Source of the DNA: Tubiluchus corallicola
Taxonomy: Eukaryota > Animalia > Priapulida
NCBI GenBank assembly: GCA_030141605.1
Contig: JAQGDQ010000046.1
Location: forward strand, 186,001 to 250,000
Direction of reading: 5' to 3'
Length of the DNA: 64,000 nt
Shown: in pieces, positions 25,309 through 38,300 of the stretch
How the letters are laid out: each line of letters starts with the position of its first letter
How positions within the stretch are numbered: position 1 is the stretch's first letter
Translations under genes and position numbers: made by a program
The notes under the pieces: generated by a model
The model's input: only the letters and a program-made list of their open reading frames with translations
What the model was told of the DNA's origin: nothing
The model's database searches: none

Positions 25309-28300
25309 TTAATTTACGACGCACGCTGACTTCTTGGATCTTTGCTGCTGTAAAACAGACAAAAAGTAAATATAGTAGAACTCATACAGCTAAGAAAAAT
25401 AAAGAAAACATGGTACACAACATTTTTGCAGAAGACACAACATTTAATTGAGATAAATTTTTAAATGTCAAAATTATTAAGATCTCCTGCACAATTTGTT
25501 CATAGTGTTGAAGCACTATTAAATAACATAAACAAACCTGCGAATATTCCTGTTCACTAGCCGCTAATGCCCGAGCCAAAGCTAAATCTTCTTCCTCTTG
25601 TACGTTTGTGCCTTGTCTGCGCAAAGAAAAATTATTTCTCTTACTAGCAGTTTTCTCCAAAACGATACTAAACAATAAAATAGCAATATAAAGTCTAAGA
25701 TACCATAGGTGCCTATTAATATATAATTCAACAGAAATTACATGTTTGGTTTAACAGTTATGGAAGTGAAGTTGAGTGTAAATTTCAGTTAACAATTAAT
25801 TAAGGTGAAAAGCATATCTATTTTATTCACTAGTGATCAATTAACTCAAAATCATGAAAACACACCTTTGCTGTTGAGCTGGTTGAGAAGACTGTGGAGT
25901 GGCAGCTAAGGAGAGTTGGAGAGCCCTAGCCATTGCCTCGTCTTCAGACATATTACCTTGAACTGCCTGAGCCGAAGTGTTCTGAGTTGAATGTGCGCTA
26001 GGAAAATAATTTTAGAAAATTAACATTTTGATTTTTTATTCACAACACTATTTTTCCTACATGTTAAATATACTTACACAAGCCGTACAGTAGCACCACA
26101 TGTAGAGTCATTCTATAGCCAAATCAATGCTATTTTGGTATTCCTACGATCAAGTTGAAAAAAATCAGCTACAAAATATTTTTGTGATTATAGCTGGATA
26201 TTGGCAATAGCTTAAATAACTTCAAAGTTTAGTATAATTTTCTTTCACATGAAAATTAAGCAAATGACCTAGAATTTTAGGTATAATTTATAAAAGCAAG
26301 CACCAATATACAAATTTACAGAAGTACCTATGTATGGCAGCTGATGGTCTGTTTGGATGAGGTCTTGATAACTGTGAAGCCTTGGAGCTTGAACTAATTA
26401 AACCTTTGCTGGTTACTTTATTTTGATTACGAAAAATAGCTGCAGCCCTGTAACACACAACCAAATAAATTTAGGAAAAACTGTAAAGAGAACAATTATT
26501 AGTAATTCTTGAGAAGCCAAGTTTGAAAAAACATAATACTTAAATTATAAAGTAAGAGAACTTCACAATGTGGTAAACTTAAGTTGCAAGACAACTTACT
26601 CACCACCTGACACGCCCTGCCTGGTGCCCTGAAATCCTAGGCAATCATGGATACTATAAAGTAAAGAGAACTTCACAATGTTGTAAACTTAAGTTACAAA
26701 GTAACTTACCCAGCACTTGACACGCCCCGTCCGGTGCCCTGAAATCCTTGGCAATCATGGTCAGTTTCGTGCCTATGCCGAAGACAGAAGTTCTTCCTGC
26801 ATTTGTCACATGTAACTGGTACAAGTTCCTTCTGCTTGCAGCCTGTGACTGAGCACTTGTTAGTGTAAACCTGCATAAAACACTGAATATATATGCAAGA
26901 ATCAACGTAATGGATCTCCACTCTGAACAACCTCTACACCAAACAATGAATAAAGAAATATGAAGCACAAGCATCAACCTATAGATAACCACCGGAACAA
27001 AGTTGCCCCTTTTGATATTTATTACCTTTTATGCACAAGTTAAAAAAATAAATTTAAAAAATACACTGGTATTTATATACATATTTCTCAATTCACTATA
27101 GCTCCTGATTCTATACGAATTAAGCTACTTCAGTGCAAAGTTTTCAACAATTACAAATTTTAATTATGAACTTTATGTCAAAACAGTTTTTTAATGCACA
27201 TATTTGCATTATGAATACTTTAAATTTGATGAGACTAACCTTTCTTTTAGCTTTAGCGGGATCTGACTGACATTCTCTATCAATGTGTTCACCTACTTTT
27301 ATGTCTGGTGTTTCACCTCGCTTAACAGGAACTGGTGCATTACATAAGGGACAGACTGGTACTTGCACATCTTTCTTATATGCTGCTTCACAATGATGTT
27401 TCTCGTATGGAAAATGGTCTCTACTAAAAAACAACACAAATACACCTGATTGTAATGCAGCAAACTTTAAAACAAACCTATTAAAATGGTGCAATAGACC
27501 ACTATATAGTGTATTATTCATTCAACCCTCCTGTTACGTATGTGCTATAAAAATAGAAAATCTCAAAAAGTTGAACTACACACTTAATAATATATTAGAA
27601 GCAAAAACAAAACAGAGAATTCTTGAGAGTGAGCTTCCTGGGTGATGTTACAATAAAACACAATAAATTTCATATAACATAAAAAAAGATCCTGACTGTC
27701 AAGAAAGTAATTATTTCTAATAATTGTGATTTCATCACTGCACACAATACAGCTATATTTACTTAGCAGTTATTCAGCTGAGTGCAAACATTAATAATTA
27801 GCTTTTTTATATGAATGCAGCAATCTGCAACAGGGTCTACTCAGTTTGTGACATGAACAGAACCTTTAATTTGTTAAACTGATCTCATTATCAAGGTTTT
27901 CAAAGATGAGTCACTGAACAAACAGATGTGTCTCAGCCAAGTTCTGGTATATACAAGGTATCCACCCTCTACAAGGTAAACAGTTGAATGATAGCGAGCA
28001 TAGAGAAGCGCCCACCTAGGCGGTCACAAACTGTACATAACCACAGGGCTATGAACTCAACAGCAGACATCGCAAACTGTAGTCAATATAGCTACGTTTT
28101 AATGATTACCCGCACAAAAAAAAAATAATGAAAATTGACACTAATTGAAACTTTAGACACTACTGCTTACCAAAAGATTCTTGAACATGCATCACATTTC
28201 ATGGGTAAAAAATCTGAAACATAAATTAAAATTGGTGCTTAATTAATATTTCGAGATTTCAGTTTTGTTAAAACACATTCACTGTAATTATTCAGTATCG

Positions 28301-28749
28301 CACCTATGGCAATAACTATTGATTAATTCAGCTATTTATAATTATAACTCAAATTGCATGGCCTAAAACTAGGAACCTACCGTAAGCATTAATATTACAA
28401 GTCTGCAATGTGCTATGATAATACTAAAACTAAAAGTGCTACCATTTACAAATATAAATCTATGTAAATAGTAATTCTAATGACATGACTTATAAAACAA
28501 CCTGTTAAAAAACAAATCAGTAAGAGGTTCAAGTAACTTACATTTACGTTCGTAAAAATGAATCACACCAAACAAAACCAAAAATAATAAAAATAATGTT
28601 TACGCGCCAGAGCTTCATTTAGTTTTGGGTTGTTCGATTAAGTTAAACACCGAGGAGCCCAAATTTACAAACTTAATTAAATACACGTACATACCTAATT
28701 GTTTACAGGTAGTCTCAGAGCAGTGTTCTCCTAAAGTGGGAAATTCCAT
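25309..28749 (-). CDS. ZFAND2B: AN1-type zinc finger protein 2B / AIRAPL (two AN1 fingers, two UIMs, C-terminal CaaX), 8 coding exons
   Basis: Exons 28695-28749 (MEFPTLGEHCSETTCKQL), 28171-28213 (DFLPMKCDAC), 27240-27423 (KKDVQVPVCPLC), 26710-26870 (second AN1: CSVTGC..CDKC..FCLRHRHETDHDC), 26328-26447, 25866-25997 (SEDEAMARALQLSL), 25538-25616 (EEEDLALARALAASE), 25309-25347 (..SACVVN*). Phases join. Confidence 0.94.
26546..26760. repeat. ~110-bp diverged tandem duplication spanning the 3' end and donor of ZFAND2B exon 4
   Basis: TATAAAGTAAGAGAACTTCACAATG...GGCAATCATGG at 26546-26650 and again at 26655-26760. Confidence 0.92.
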
Positions 28750-28943
28750 GATTTTAATTAGCGTTATTTTATCGTATAAGTCTTTCTCTTTTTTTTTATT
28801 TTATCATAGATCTAGATCATAAACACACAAATTTTGGTAAACGTGCTTCGCCTACAAAATTTTCATGATGACTGAGCAAAAATTGATGACAGAGCCGTTA
28901 TATACCCTAGTGGAAATTTCGAGAAATAGGTAACAAGAGAACA

Positions 28944-28976
28944 TGTTTATGTAACCATAGAAACTGACTGTAAATA
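28944..28976. promoter_or_regulatory. RFX X-box with flanking forkhead (FOXJ1-type) sites in the ZFAND2B/LRRC6 bidirectional promoter
   Basis: GTAACCATAGAAAC (28951-28964) matches GTHNYYATRRNAAC exactly. TGTTTAT lies immediately 5' and GTAAATA 3' (28970-28976). The site is ~390 bp upstream of the ATG of a motile-cilia gene. Confidence 0.7.
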
Positions 28977-29347
28977 AAGTCTCCCGTGGAAGTGATTATT
29001 TTAAAATAATTAATATTATTTTAAACATTCTTTTGGCTTGGAAGTGGTGCTGACAAGCCACTGACATAGTAGTATCTAGTTGTTTTTACTGGATAACTGC
29101 TGTGTTTACCTGTTTTGAAGGTAGTTTTCTTTTATTTTCGAAGTCTGCCTGCCCAATGTCTACAAGTACAATAGACGTTATGATGATTTTAAACATACAA
29201 CGAAATTATTTTGTTCGAATTAAATTTAACAATCATAATTATTTTTTGGATTTTTTAAAGTATAAACATTGTGAAGAATTTGAAGAAACCACTAAGCGTT
29301 CGTTTTTGTGCCTAAGAACTTGCTGAAACTGGGAAAACAAGCTGGAA

Positions 29348-32300
29348 ATGGTTAGAAGTAGGTGATGTTTTTTATCCAAATTCTGCTGCTCCACCAACAG
29401 TATCAGTAATTAGAACTTGTTGTTGGGCGCCGAGTAACCTACTAGCCAAAGTATTTTATTCTGACTTGGTAGAACGGACAATATTAAATTTGGCTTCGAT
29501 ATTAACGTTGCTGAAATGAAATAAACCACTTTTTAGGCGATTTCAACATTTGTTTAAGGTACATCATTTTTTATTTTGTCTCGCTTCACAGACAGGTGAT
29601 TCATTTCACTACCTCTTGGACAAATAATTACTTGCTCCTAAGTTAACATTGTAGTGATCCATGTGCCCTACATTCTACACTTCACACCTATATTTAAACA
29701 AAATATAATATATTAAATTTAATACTATCAAACAAAAGCGAATGAGCGTGCATGAACTAACGAATCCTTTCAAGCAGCCATACCATTCTTCACATAGTAT
29801 AACCAGGCCTCAATCGTGCGGACTTCGAACATCTGTCATCTTTATCACCTTAATCTGACAGCAATTCTGGTTATACTGACTGTGAAGAAACAATTTTCGC
29901 CATCAACTGCAACAAAAAGCTATAACACACAATTACGACAAATACTATGATGTAATTAGTTACCTTAAATTAAACACCGATGGTACACCCAGGATGAATT
30001 TGTTTAATAATGGCACATAATTATTCGATATTGTTAAATCTGCACGCCTTGTAATTTGAATAAAATTAGCTAATATAAGCTATTTCCTACCATCTGATTT
30101 ATGAACAGCCAGAACATATTGCAGTCCTAAATCAGGTAACTTGACCAGCACAAGCTGGTTTGAATCAGTAGAGCATCTGATGATATTCCTACTAAAGTCA
30201 CTCAGCTTCAGATTTGCTTCTGGAAGATCCCTTCTCTTCCATTTCAAATATCTAACCACTTCAACACACTTTGCTACACTGATGATAACAGAATTTTTGG
30301 CTTTCTCTAATGCAAAAATTGCAAAAATTGTGTTTTTGCAAATGTATAATTAAGCGCTGTGTTGTATGGAGAAATGCAGCAGAAATATTCCTCTTTTTAA
30401 AGCTGTCACTCGACCCGTTTTAGAACACCTGTCGTGTGCTCTGACCTCTGCAGTATGTTATTTCTGTTCCGTCTATAGACAAAATGTTCTCACGTGTATA
30501 ACTTTTCCACATTATGCTGGATGACTACTACCTAATGTACCAAAAAAAAATATGTACGGGTGTTTGCCATTTTTGCCAAAAGGCCTCAATCCGGCAAATG
30601 TGCAAAATTTTAAAATGTTTAAAGTTTGTTGCCAAAGTTGCAAAAAAGCCACCGTATATTAGTCTGAACATGCATCAAATATGCCACTAATTATTCCTGA
30701 CATTTGTCAACAATTTCAAAGCCTATGCAAATTTGGAGAAAATTTTGAAATACTTTCGCAAATGCTGCGATGACTTTATGACTATTTTTAAAATTTTAGA
30801 GAACTATGGTTGTCCTTCACTTCCTTCCGCAACAGTTCTATGAAATAAGTCATGAAATGATCCCAGTACTATATTTACTGGAATGTCGTGCAACATTCGT
30901 ATTGTCGCATAAGTACCACAGAGGTCACCAGACAGCTGCAAATGTGTCGCAACCATGCTGTACTAAATGTGCCATTCTGCCAATTGTCTGTTTTTTGCTT
31001 GAAAAAAACCTAAAAATTTAAAAAAAGTAGTGACACTTGCGCAAAATTATTTAGAACTTTGTACTCAGACTGATTTGTGACCTAGGCAACAAAACACAGT
31101 CTCATGAATTTTTTGCCAATTGCTGAACTTTCAGTCGTTGCAAAAGAGGTGCATCTCCATAAAACTCTGGCTTAAGACAGGCCATACCATAACATCATTT
31201 ATATGTTCAGTAATTGTATATGCTGCCATACATAGATTTGGTGTTTGGTATATCTACTATAAAAATACTTCACCTATTTATATTTTTTGCTGTTAAGTCT
31301 ATCTTTTAAAATACTGGTACAATGATTTAGATATATTTTCTAATAAGTCCATAAATATTCACATGTACATGCCTCTATACATAAGGCTGTATCAGTTTTG
31401 TTAACTTATATTTTAGTAACAGAGGATATGGTTCGTAGACGTGCTGAACACAACAATTGTGAAATATTCTCGCTAGAGGAACTGTCTTTGCACCAGCAAG
31501 ATATTGACAGGTAACTAAAATAAACATAATTGCAAATGAATTGAGGAAATTATGAATAGCATCTTCATCTTTTTTGAATTTAATGCAATTTTGGAAGAGC
31601 AATTAATTGAGTGAGAAAATGTTTAAATACTTATTTGCTGTAAAACATAAAGCGAATAGAACCATGGCTCTCTATGTGTGTCCGTGATATGTGCTTAGCA
31701 GTTGAAGTTAAGCATTGCAGAGCCTGGTCTGTAGTGGATAGGTGACCGTCATCTATTTACCTTGTTGAAAGAAGCTGTATACTCATCTGAATCTTGTTTG
31801 ATACATTGGAGTGTGGTTGAATCCTGGTCTTGAATGTTGGAAGAGTGCCATCGACAATGGCCTGTTGCTTATGAATGCATTTCATAACATGCTTGACTAC
31901 TGATTTGCAGCTATATTTATATTAGAAGAACTTACATAGAAGTGTAGAAACAAATGGCTTTTTTCAACTGTTTGATATACTAACATTTCATTTGTTACAT
32001 TTATACCACATCCAAACATTTTATTGATACCTGATATATGTGTGCATGCATATATTTTTTAGATTTCAGAACTTGATAATGCATTGGTAGTAGGTACCTA
32101 CCAGCAAGTACTGTTTTTTCAACCTATTTAGTACCTTTTCATTTTTAGAATTGAGTTTTTGGATAGCTGGTGTCGTGACTTAAAGATTTTGTACTTGCAA
32201 AACAATCTTATTTCCAAAATAGGTAAGAAATTATTATAATAATATGTACCTTGCACTAGTTATTTTATCTGATTTATTGATCTCATAAATGTTAAGTAAT

Positions 32301-35300
32301 AAAATTATTATGCTAAGGAATTTGTTTAGCAGCATGGGCAGTTGATTATTTTAACTAACTAAGACATCAACATGTTATGAATTAAGTTTGAAAACATTTA
32401 TAATGAGTTTTTTTAATTTTGAAATTATCTTTGCAAGTGCTGTTATTTTTTGCACTTTTTGTAATAATTCATTAACATTGCATGTCTATATATATTTGAC
32501 CTAGTATTCATTCTTAGTCATTTATTTGCATTCGACAGATCAGTAATTAAATAGTAATTATATTTCAGAACATGTTGGGCGGTTGAAAAAACTTGAGTAC
32601 ATTAATCTAACTCTAAATAATCTGACACAAATTGAAAATCTAGAAGGTAAATTTATAATATTTTAGTTACCAAGAAGTAAAAGGACTTCGTTAGCAGTAA
32701 AAGGCACTATAGTTTTTTGCAGTAATTTGATATTGCTGTTCGTTTTCATGATTTACTATGTGTTTGGTAACAGCTATTTAATGTAACTGATTTGAAATAA
32801 AAAGAAAAAAATTACAATCAACTATTCATAAGTAATAGTCAGGCATAATAAAATGAAGTAAGCGTGCTTGAGTGTTAATTGATATTGCGAGGCAAGTGAA
32901 GATATGTATTATCTATTTTTGTCTGTTCAAAGAATTATAAAAATTGTTCAAACAAATAAAAAATTGTAACTAGTTGACAATATTTCTGACGTTGTCGGAA
33001 ACTGAAGATTTTGCAAACAATAATTGTAAGACTGAGCCTTGAAAATAAACAGACGACAGCCTTTTTTTTGAAAGTGCTTATTTTCTTTTATTGAAGTGCT
33101 TGAATACATGGAAAGTGCATTTCACAATGAAACCTCAGCATTTGACTGTTCAGCTCATCACCCATCAATGGTCAACAATCTTGACATAACTTATATCATT
33201 CAGTTTGTCTCATGGAGACCTTTCATTTGATATACAACAGCCTACTTTTGGTAGATCCTGGAAGGCATTTGTCTCCTCGATCCCCATTTTGTCCCTTAAC
33301 TGGGCCACAGGTTAACGATTCACATTGTAACCCATACCATTCGATTCGCCTCATCAAGATCTTTCATTTGACGTGCTATATGTACTATTTGTAGACACTC
33401 GATACATTTCTGTTCTCGATCCCCATTTTTCGGTTTTTGCCCCTTAGCAGGCTTGCGGTTTAGCCATTCTCATTGCAACCTATGCCACTCGACTCGTCTC
33501 ATTGGGACCTTTGATTTGATATGCTACACGTCACTATTCTAATACCCTTGTGCATTTCTGTTCCCAACTCCCATTTTTTGGGTTTTGCCTCCTAGCAGAA
33601 AAATTTCCCCCTCCAAATCACCCATATTCTGCCATATCCAACAACTTGGCCCTACCTAACCATATACCAAATATTGTTGCCCTAGCTCAGAACTATGGGA
33701 GCAGACGGATCCTAAAGAAAAATAAATGAAGACCCGCCTGCTCCATGACCTTTGACCCAGCAACTCGGGTCACACTTATACGTAGATAACTTTGGCCAGA
33801 GAGTTTACCCTGTGAGTTTTGTGTCCTTAACCTTCAGCATGTAAAATTTCACAAATTGCGCGATCCCAAGTTTTGAATTTTGGCCCCTCACTGGGGTGTT
33901 TAAAGCTTGTCAGCTTTTTAAAACCCCAGGTGCCCCACAGTACCCAAATACTTGTGAAAAAAATTGGAAAAAAACGAAAGCCCTAGGAGGAGTGCGACTT
34001 AAATGGAAAGGTGACTGATGTCTACTGCCCTTCCCCCTTGACAAGTGGTCAGTGGTCACCACACGGTTGTATGTCCCCCATCCAGGTCTACCAACCCTGC
34101 AAGGCTTGCAAGCCTTATGAGTTAGTAAGCGTTAAAGTGGCGGAGAATAAATTAATAATAACTAGTTGACAATGTTTCTGACGTGGTCAGAAACTGAAGA
34201 TTTTGCAAACAGTAGTTGTAAAATTCAGCCTTAAAAATTAAGAGATGACAGCCTTTTTTGAAAGTGCTTATTTTCTTTTATTGAATTCACCTTGCTCGAG
34301 AACATAGAAAGTGCATTTCACAATGAAATCTCTGCATTTAACTGTTCAGTCTGTCACCCACGGGTCAAAGGTCAACCAATGTCAACATAACTTATTTCAT
34401 TTAGTTTGTCTCACTGACATCTTTCATTTGATATATGTACTACAAGCTAGTTTTGGTTAACACTTAAAGAAGTTTGTCTTCTCGACCCCTATTTTGCCCT
34501 TGCTGGGGTCAGAGGTCAACCAGTCTTGCCATAACTTATGCCATTAAAGCTCACTGAGACCTTTCATTTGATATACTACAAGCTACTTTTGCTCAACCCT
34601 GAAAGACATTTGTCTCCTCGACCCTAATGGGGTCACAGGTTAACATTTCTTATTGTAAATCATACCATACTCATCGAGACCTTTCATTTGATATGCTACA
34701 TGGTACTATTCCTAGACAATCGATGCATTTCTGTTCACGACCCCTATTTTTAAGTTTTTGCCCCCTATTGGGGCCTGAGATTAACCGATCGCTATGCAAT
34801 TATTACCATTCAATTTGTCTCATTGAGACCTTTGATTTGATAGACTACAAGCTAGTTCCAGTCAACACAAAGGCATTTGTCTCCTCGACCCCTATTTTGC
34901 TGTTAAATGATTCTTATTGTAACCTATGCCATTCGATCCGTCTCATCGAGACCTTTCATTTGATGTGCTACAAGGTACCGTTGCTCAACACTTGAAGCTC
35001 TTCTGTTTCCGATCCGCATTTTTCAGGTTTTGCCCCCTAGCGGGGTCGCAGATTAACTATTCTCATTGTAACATATGCCATTCGATCCGCCTCATCGAGA
35101 CCTTTCATTTGACGTGCTACAAGGTACCATTGCTCGACACTTGGTGCACCTCAGTTCCCGGCCCCCATTTTTCGGTTTTTGCCCCCTAGTGGGGTCGCGG
35201 GTTAACTATTCTCACTGTAACCTATGCCATTCGATCCTCCTCATCGATACCTTTCATTAGATATGCTACAAGGTACCATTGATCAAGACTCAGTGCACTT

Positions 35301-38300
35301 CTGTTTCCGACCCCCATTTTTCGGTTTTTGCCCCCTAGCGGAGACTTTTGCCATATGCGCGCTTCCCATATTTTGCGATGTGCAAGGCCACGTCACCACC
35401 TAGCAATATACCAAATATTGTGGCCGTGGCTTAAAAACTGTAGGAGCAGATGGATCATAAAGAAAAATAAATGAAGACCCTCCCGCTCCGTGTCCTTTGA
35501 CCCGTATCCCTAGCTGTCAGCATGTAAAAGGTCACCAATCAGGGTTCTCCAAATTTTGCATTTTGACTCCTCCATCGGGCAGTTGAAACTTGCCAGGTTT
35601 TTAAAACCCCAGGTGCACATCTACCCCATTGTACGCAAATACTTGTGAAAAAAAATGGAAAAAACCAAAAGCCTTAGGAGGAGATGTGACCTAAAGGAAA
35701 AATTGACCAATGCCCACTGCCCTTCCCCTTGACCAATGGTCAGTGGTCACCACACTGTTGTACATCCCTCGCCCAGGACTACCAACCCTGCAACTTTGGT
35801 GACCCTAGCTTGCAAGACGTAGGCGTTATTAAGCGTTAAAGTGGCGGAGAATGAATAAATAAATAATAATAACTCAATAAAAACAGTAAAATTTTGCTAT
35901 AGCAAAATCTTAATTACTGGGAAAACTGTCATATTTCGACAAAGAGGCAGTCTGGAGAAATCCTGTAATAGTATCGTACATTCTTGCTTCTTTATTTTTA
36001 GGTTGTGAATCTCTGACCAAACTGGATTTGACTGTGAATTTTATTGCTGACCTTACCAGTGTAAAGTCACTGAAAGCAAACAAGTTTCTGGAGGAATTGT
36101 ATGTGCAAGGAATTGAAATTATCATATATGTGTAAACATTTCTGAACACAGGCTTACATTGTCAAGCTTTTAAAAGTGTAATCGCACATTTTAGATCTAT
36201 AATCTGCTGCCTCATTTGAATGCAATTAAACATCAAAAATCATCTGGTCCACCTATGAACATTAAAATGTATTTAATGAAAAAAGATGCACCTATAAAAA
36301 TATTAAATTTATGTAAACTTTACTAAGTTGCTAGTATATGATATGATGACACTTGTTTGTGTTTTAGTGGAATCGGGTTGATCTTTGTGTTTTGTTTAAG
36401 GTGTTTGAAGAGAAATTTTGTGTTCCTACTAGTTTTTGCCTTCTGTGGAAATGTTATTGGTCAAGTAGAAACTAGATTGCACAAATTTAGTGTATGAGGC
36501 AAAATTAGTGAGGCAGAAAGTGTAGTTACTGATGCAGCATTTTTAAACAACATATGCATATGTATTACATATGTGAAGTGATTATATTAATCACATATTT
36601 GATACCGCTTTCTCAGAATGATTGACTGAAACCAATATAATAAGTATCAGATAGCAGAAAAACAGAATAGTAAGGCAAAATAGTAAAACTGGCAGAAATT
36701 TAAAAGAGCAATCTTATAAGAACAACTGGAGAAAATGTTTCAAATTAAAGGCTGCATATAGTACATGCAATAGGGATGCAAATTTATAATTTTTTATCAT
36801 TTAAACTTTTGCAGCTCGGATGCAGGCTAATGTAGTATGTAACTATTCCAGGTATTTAACAGGAAATCCTTGCACTGACTTTGATGGTTATCGGCAGTAT
36901 GTAGTAGCTACTTTGCCGCAATTGAACGTACGTAAATTACCTGTAGTTCATATGAACTAGCATGGAATATATGTTCAATATTGGACATTTATAATATGAT
37001 GTTGCTTGGAAACTAGTAGCATAACTATAGACACACAGGCCCTGCAGTTGCAAAGTTCCCTTTCATTGGAGGAGTCCTTGGTCAGTATTGGGATAATTTC
37101 TTCACTAATGTAGCTGTTACAATCGCAGTTGCATTTTTTAAAATGCATAATTACTTTTCACACTCTCGAATTCTCTTTAGTCTTATATCATTTTTAAGCA
37201 TTCACGGCTCTAAATTTGCGTGCTTGTTTCATAGATCATACTGTTAATATTAAATGTTTCAAGTATAGTATTTTGATGTTGATTTGTTAATGATTATTAT
37301 GTTGTGTATCTTTCCTCTTAACCATGTAAGTGTAGAATATTCATGCCTCACTGGCACTTTTGTTCCTATAAGAGAAAATGAAGTCGAGTAACTACCTGCA
37401 AGCTGTTGCAGTTACAGTATATAGCAAAAATGTGTGTTTTGCTTTCTACTTATAATAGTGTGTGTAAATCTGGTGTAGAAGGGAAACATTGTTTTTTGCT
37501 GTTGCGGGCCTGTTTATGCAGACATCAATTTTGGCTGTTGCATTATGCAGTAACGCAGATCTTGTGTGCCTGGGTGAAGTATGATATGCAATTAATTAAA
37601 AAACTTTTGGTTTGGTTTGTTTTACTAAATTCTAAGCAAATGTAACCGAAAAAGTAATAGTTGTTTCCATATATGCTACAGCAAAAAGAAACTTGTTATA
37701 GTTACAAATTACTTCAAAAAGTTTGTAATTCTTTACAGTTACAGTATCACATTTCTGGAGATACTCTACAATATGTATACATTTGTAACGTGTTACTTGG
37801 TCACGAAGAAGACTGCGAGTGCACCGAGTGCATAATTAGGTTTACCAAATACTTGCTAACATGTAATCACGAAGAAATAAAATTTAAAAGCAACTTGTAA
37901 CAGTTTATATCAGATTTTAAAATTTGTACTACATCCATAAGCCACAAAAATTTTACTTTTGAACTATAGGGGCCTAATTATTTTGCAAAGTGACAAAAGT
38001 ATAACTATGCTAGCCAACCCAGGAGAGTTTAGCATTACAGACTAGAAACACTTGGCTGTTTGAATTGCACGTATGTCTGCTATGGTAGAATTACTTTTAA
38101 AGTGATCAATGTGCTTGACAAAAATACTGAATGCTCACAATTGTTATGACTAATATCTGTTGAATGTTCAGTTCTTAGATGTTGTAGTTTTTGTGTAGAC
38201 ATCTTATAAATTCTTTTTACAGAGGCTAGATGGCAAAGAAATACTTAAGTCAGAGAGAATAGAAGCCATGCAGGTAATTGTTCTTTTTACAAAAATTAAA

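Noticed and set aside
30415-31185. Possible Harbinger-like MITE with TGCGAC/GTCGCA motifs (similar degenerate relics at ~2790-2843, ~37000-37900, ~59880-60140)
   Set aside because: Looks repeat-derived, but matching TIR pairs or TSDs could not be defined.
34627-35260. Cys/His-rich repeated ORFs; CRISPR-like periodicity
   Set aside because: Translations of a 149-bp minisatellite in a eukaryotic TE. Whole units repeat, with no unique spacers and no cas genes.
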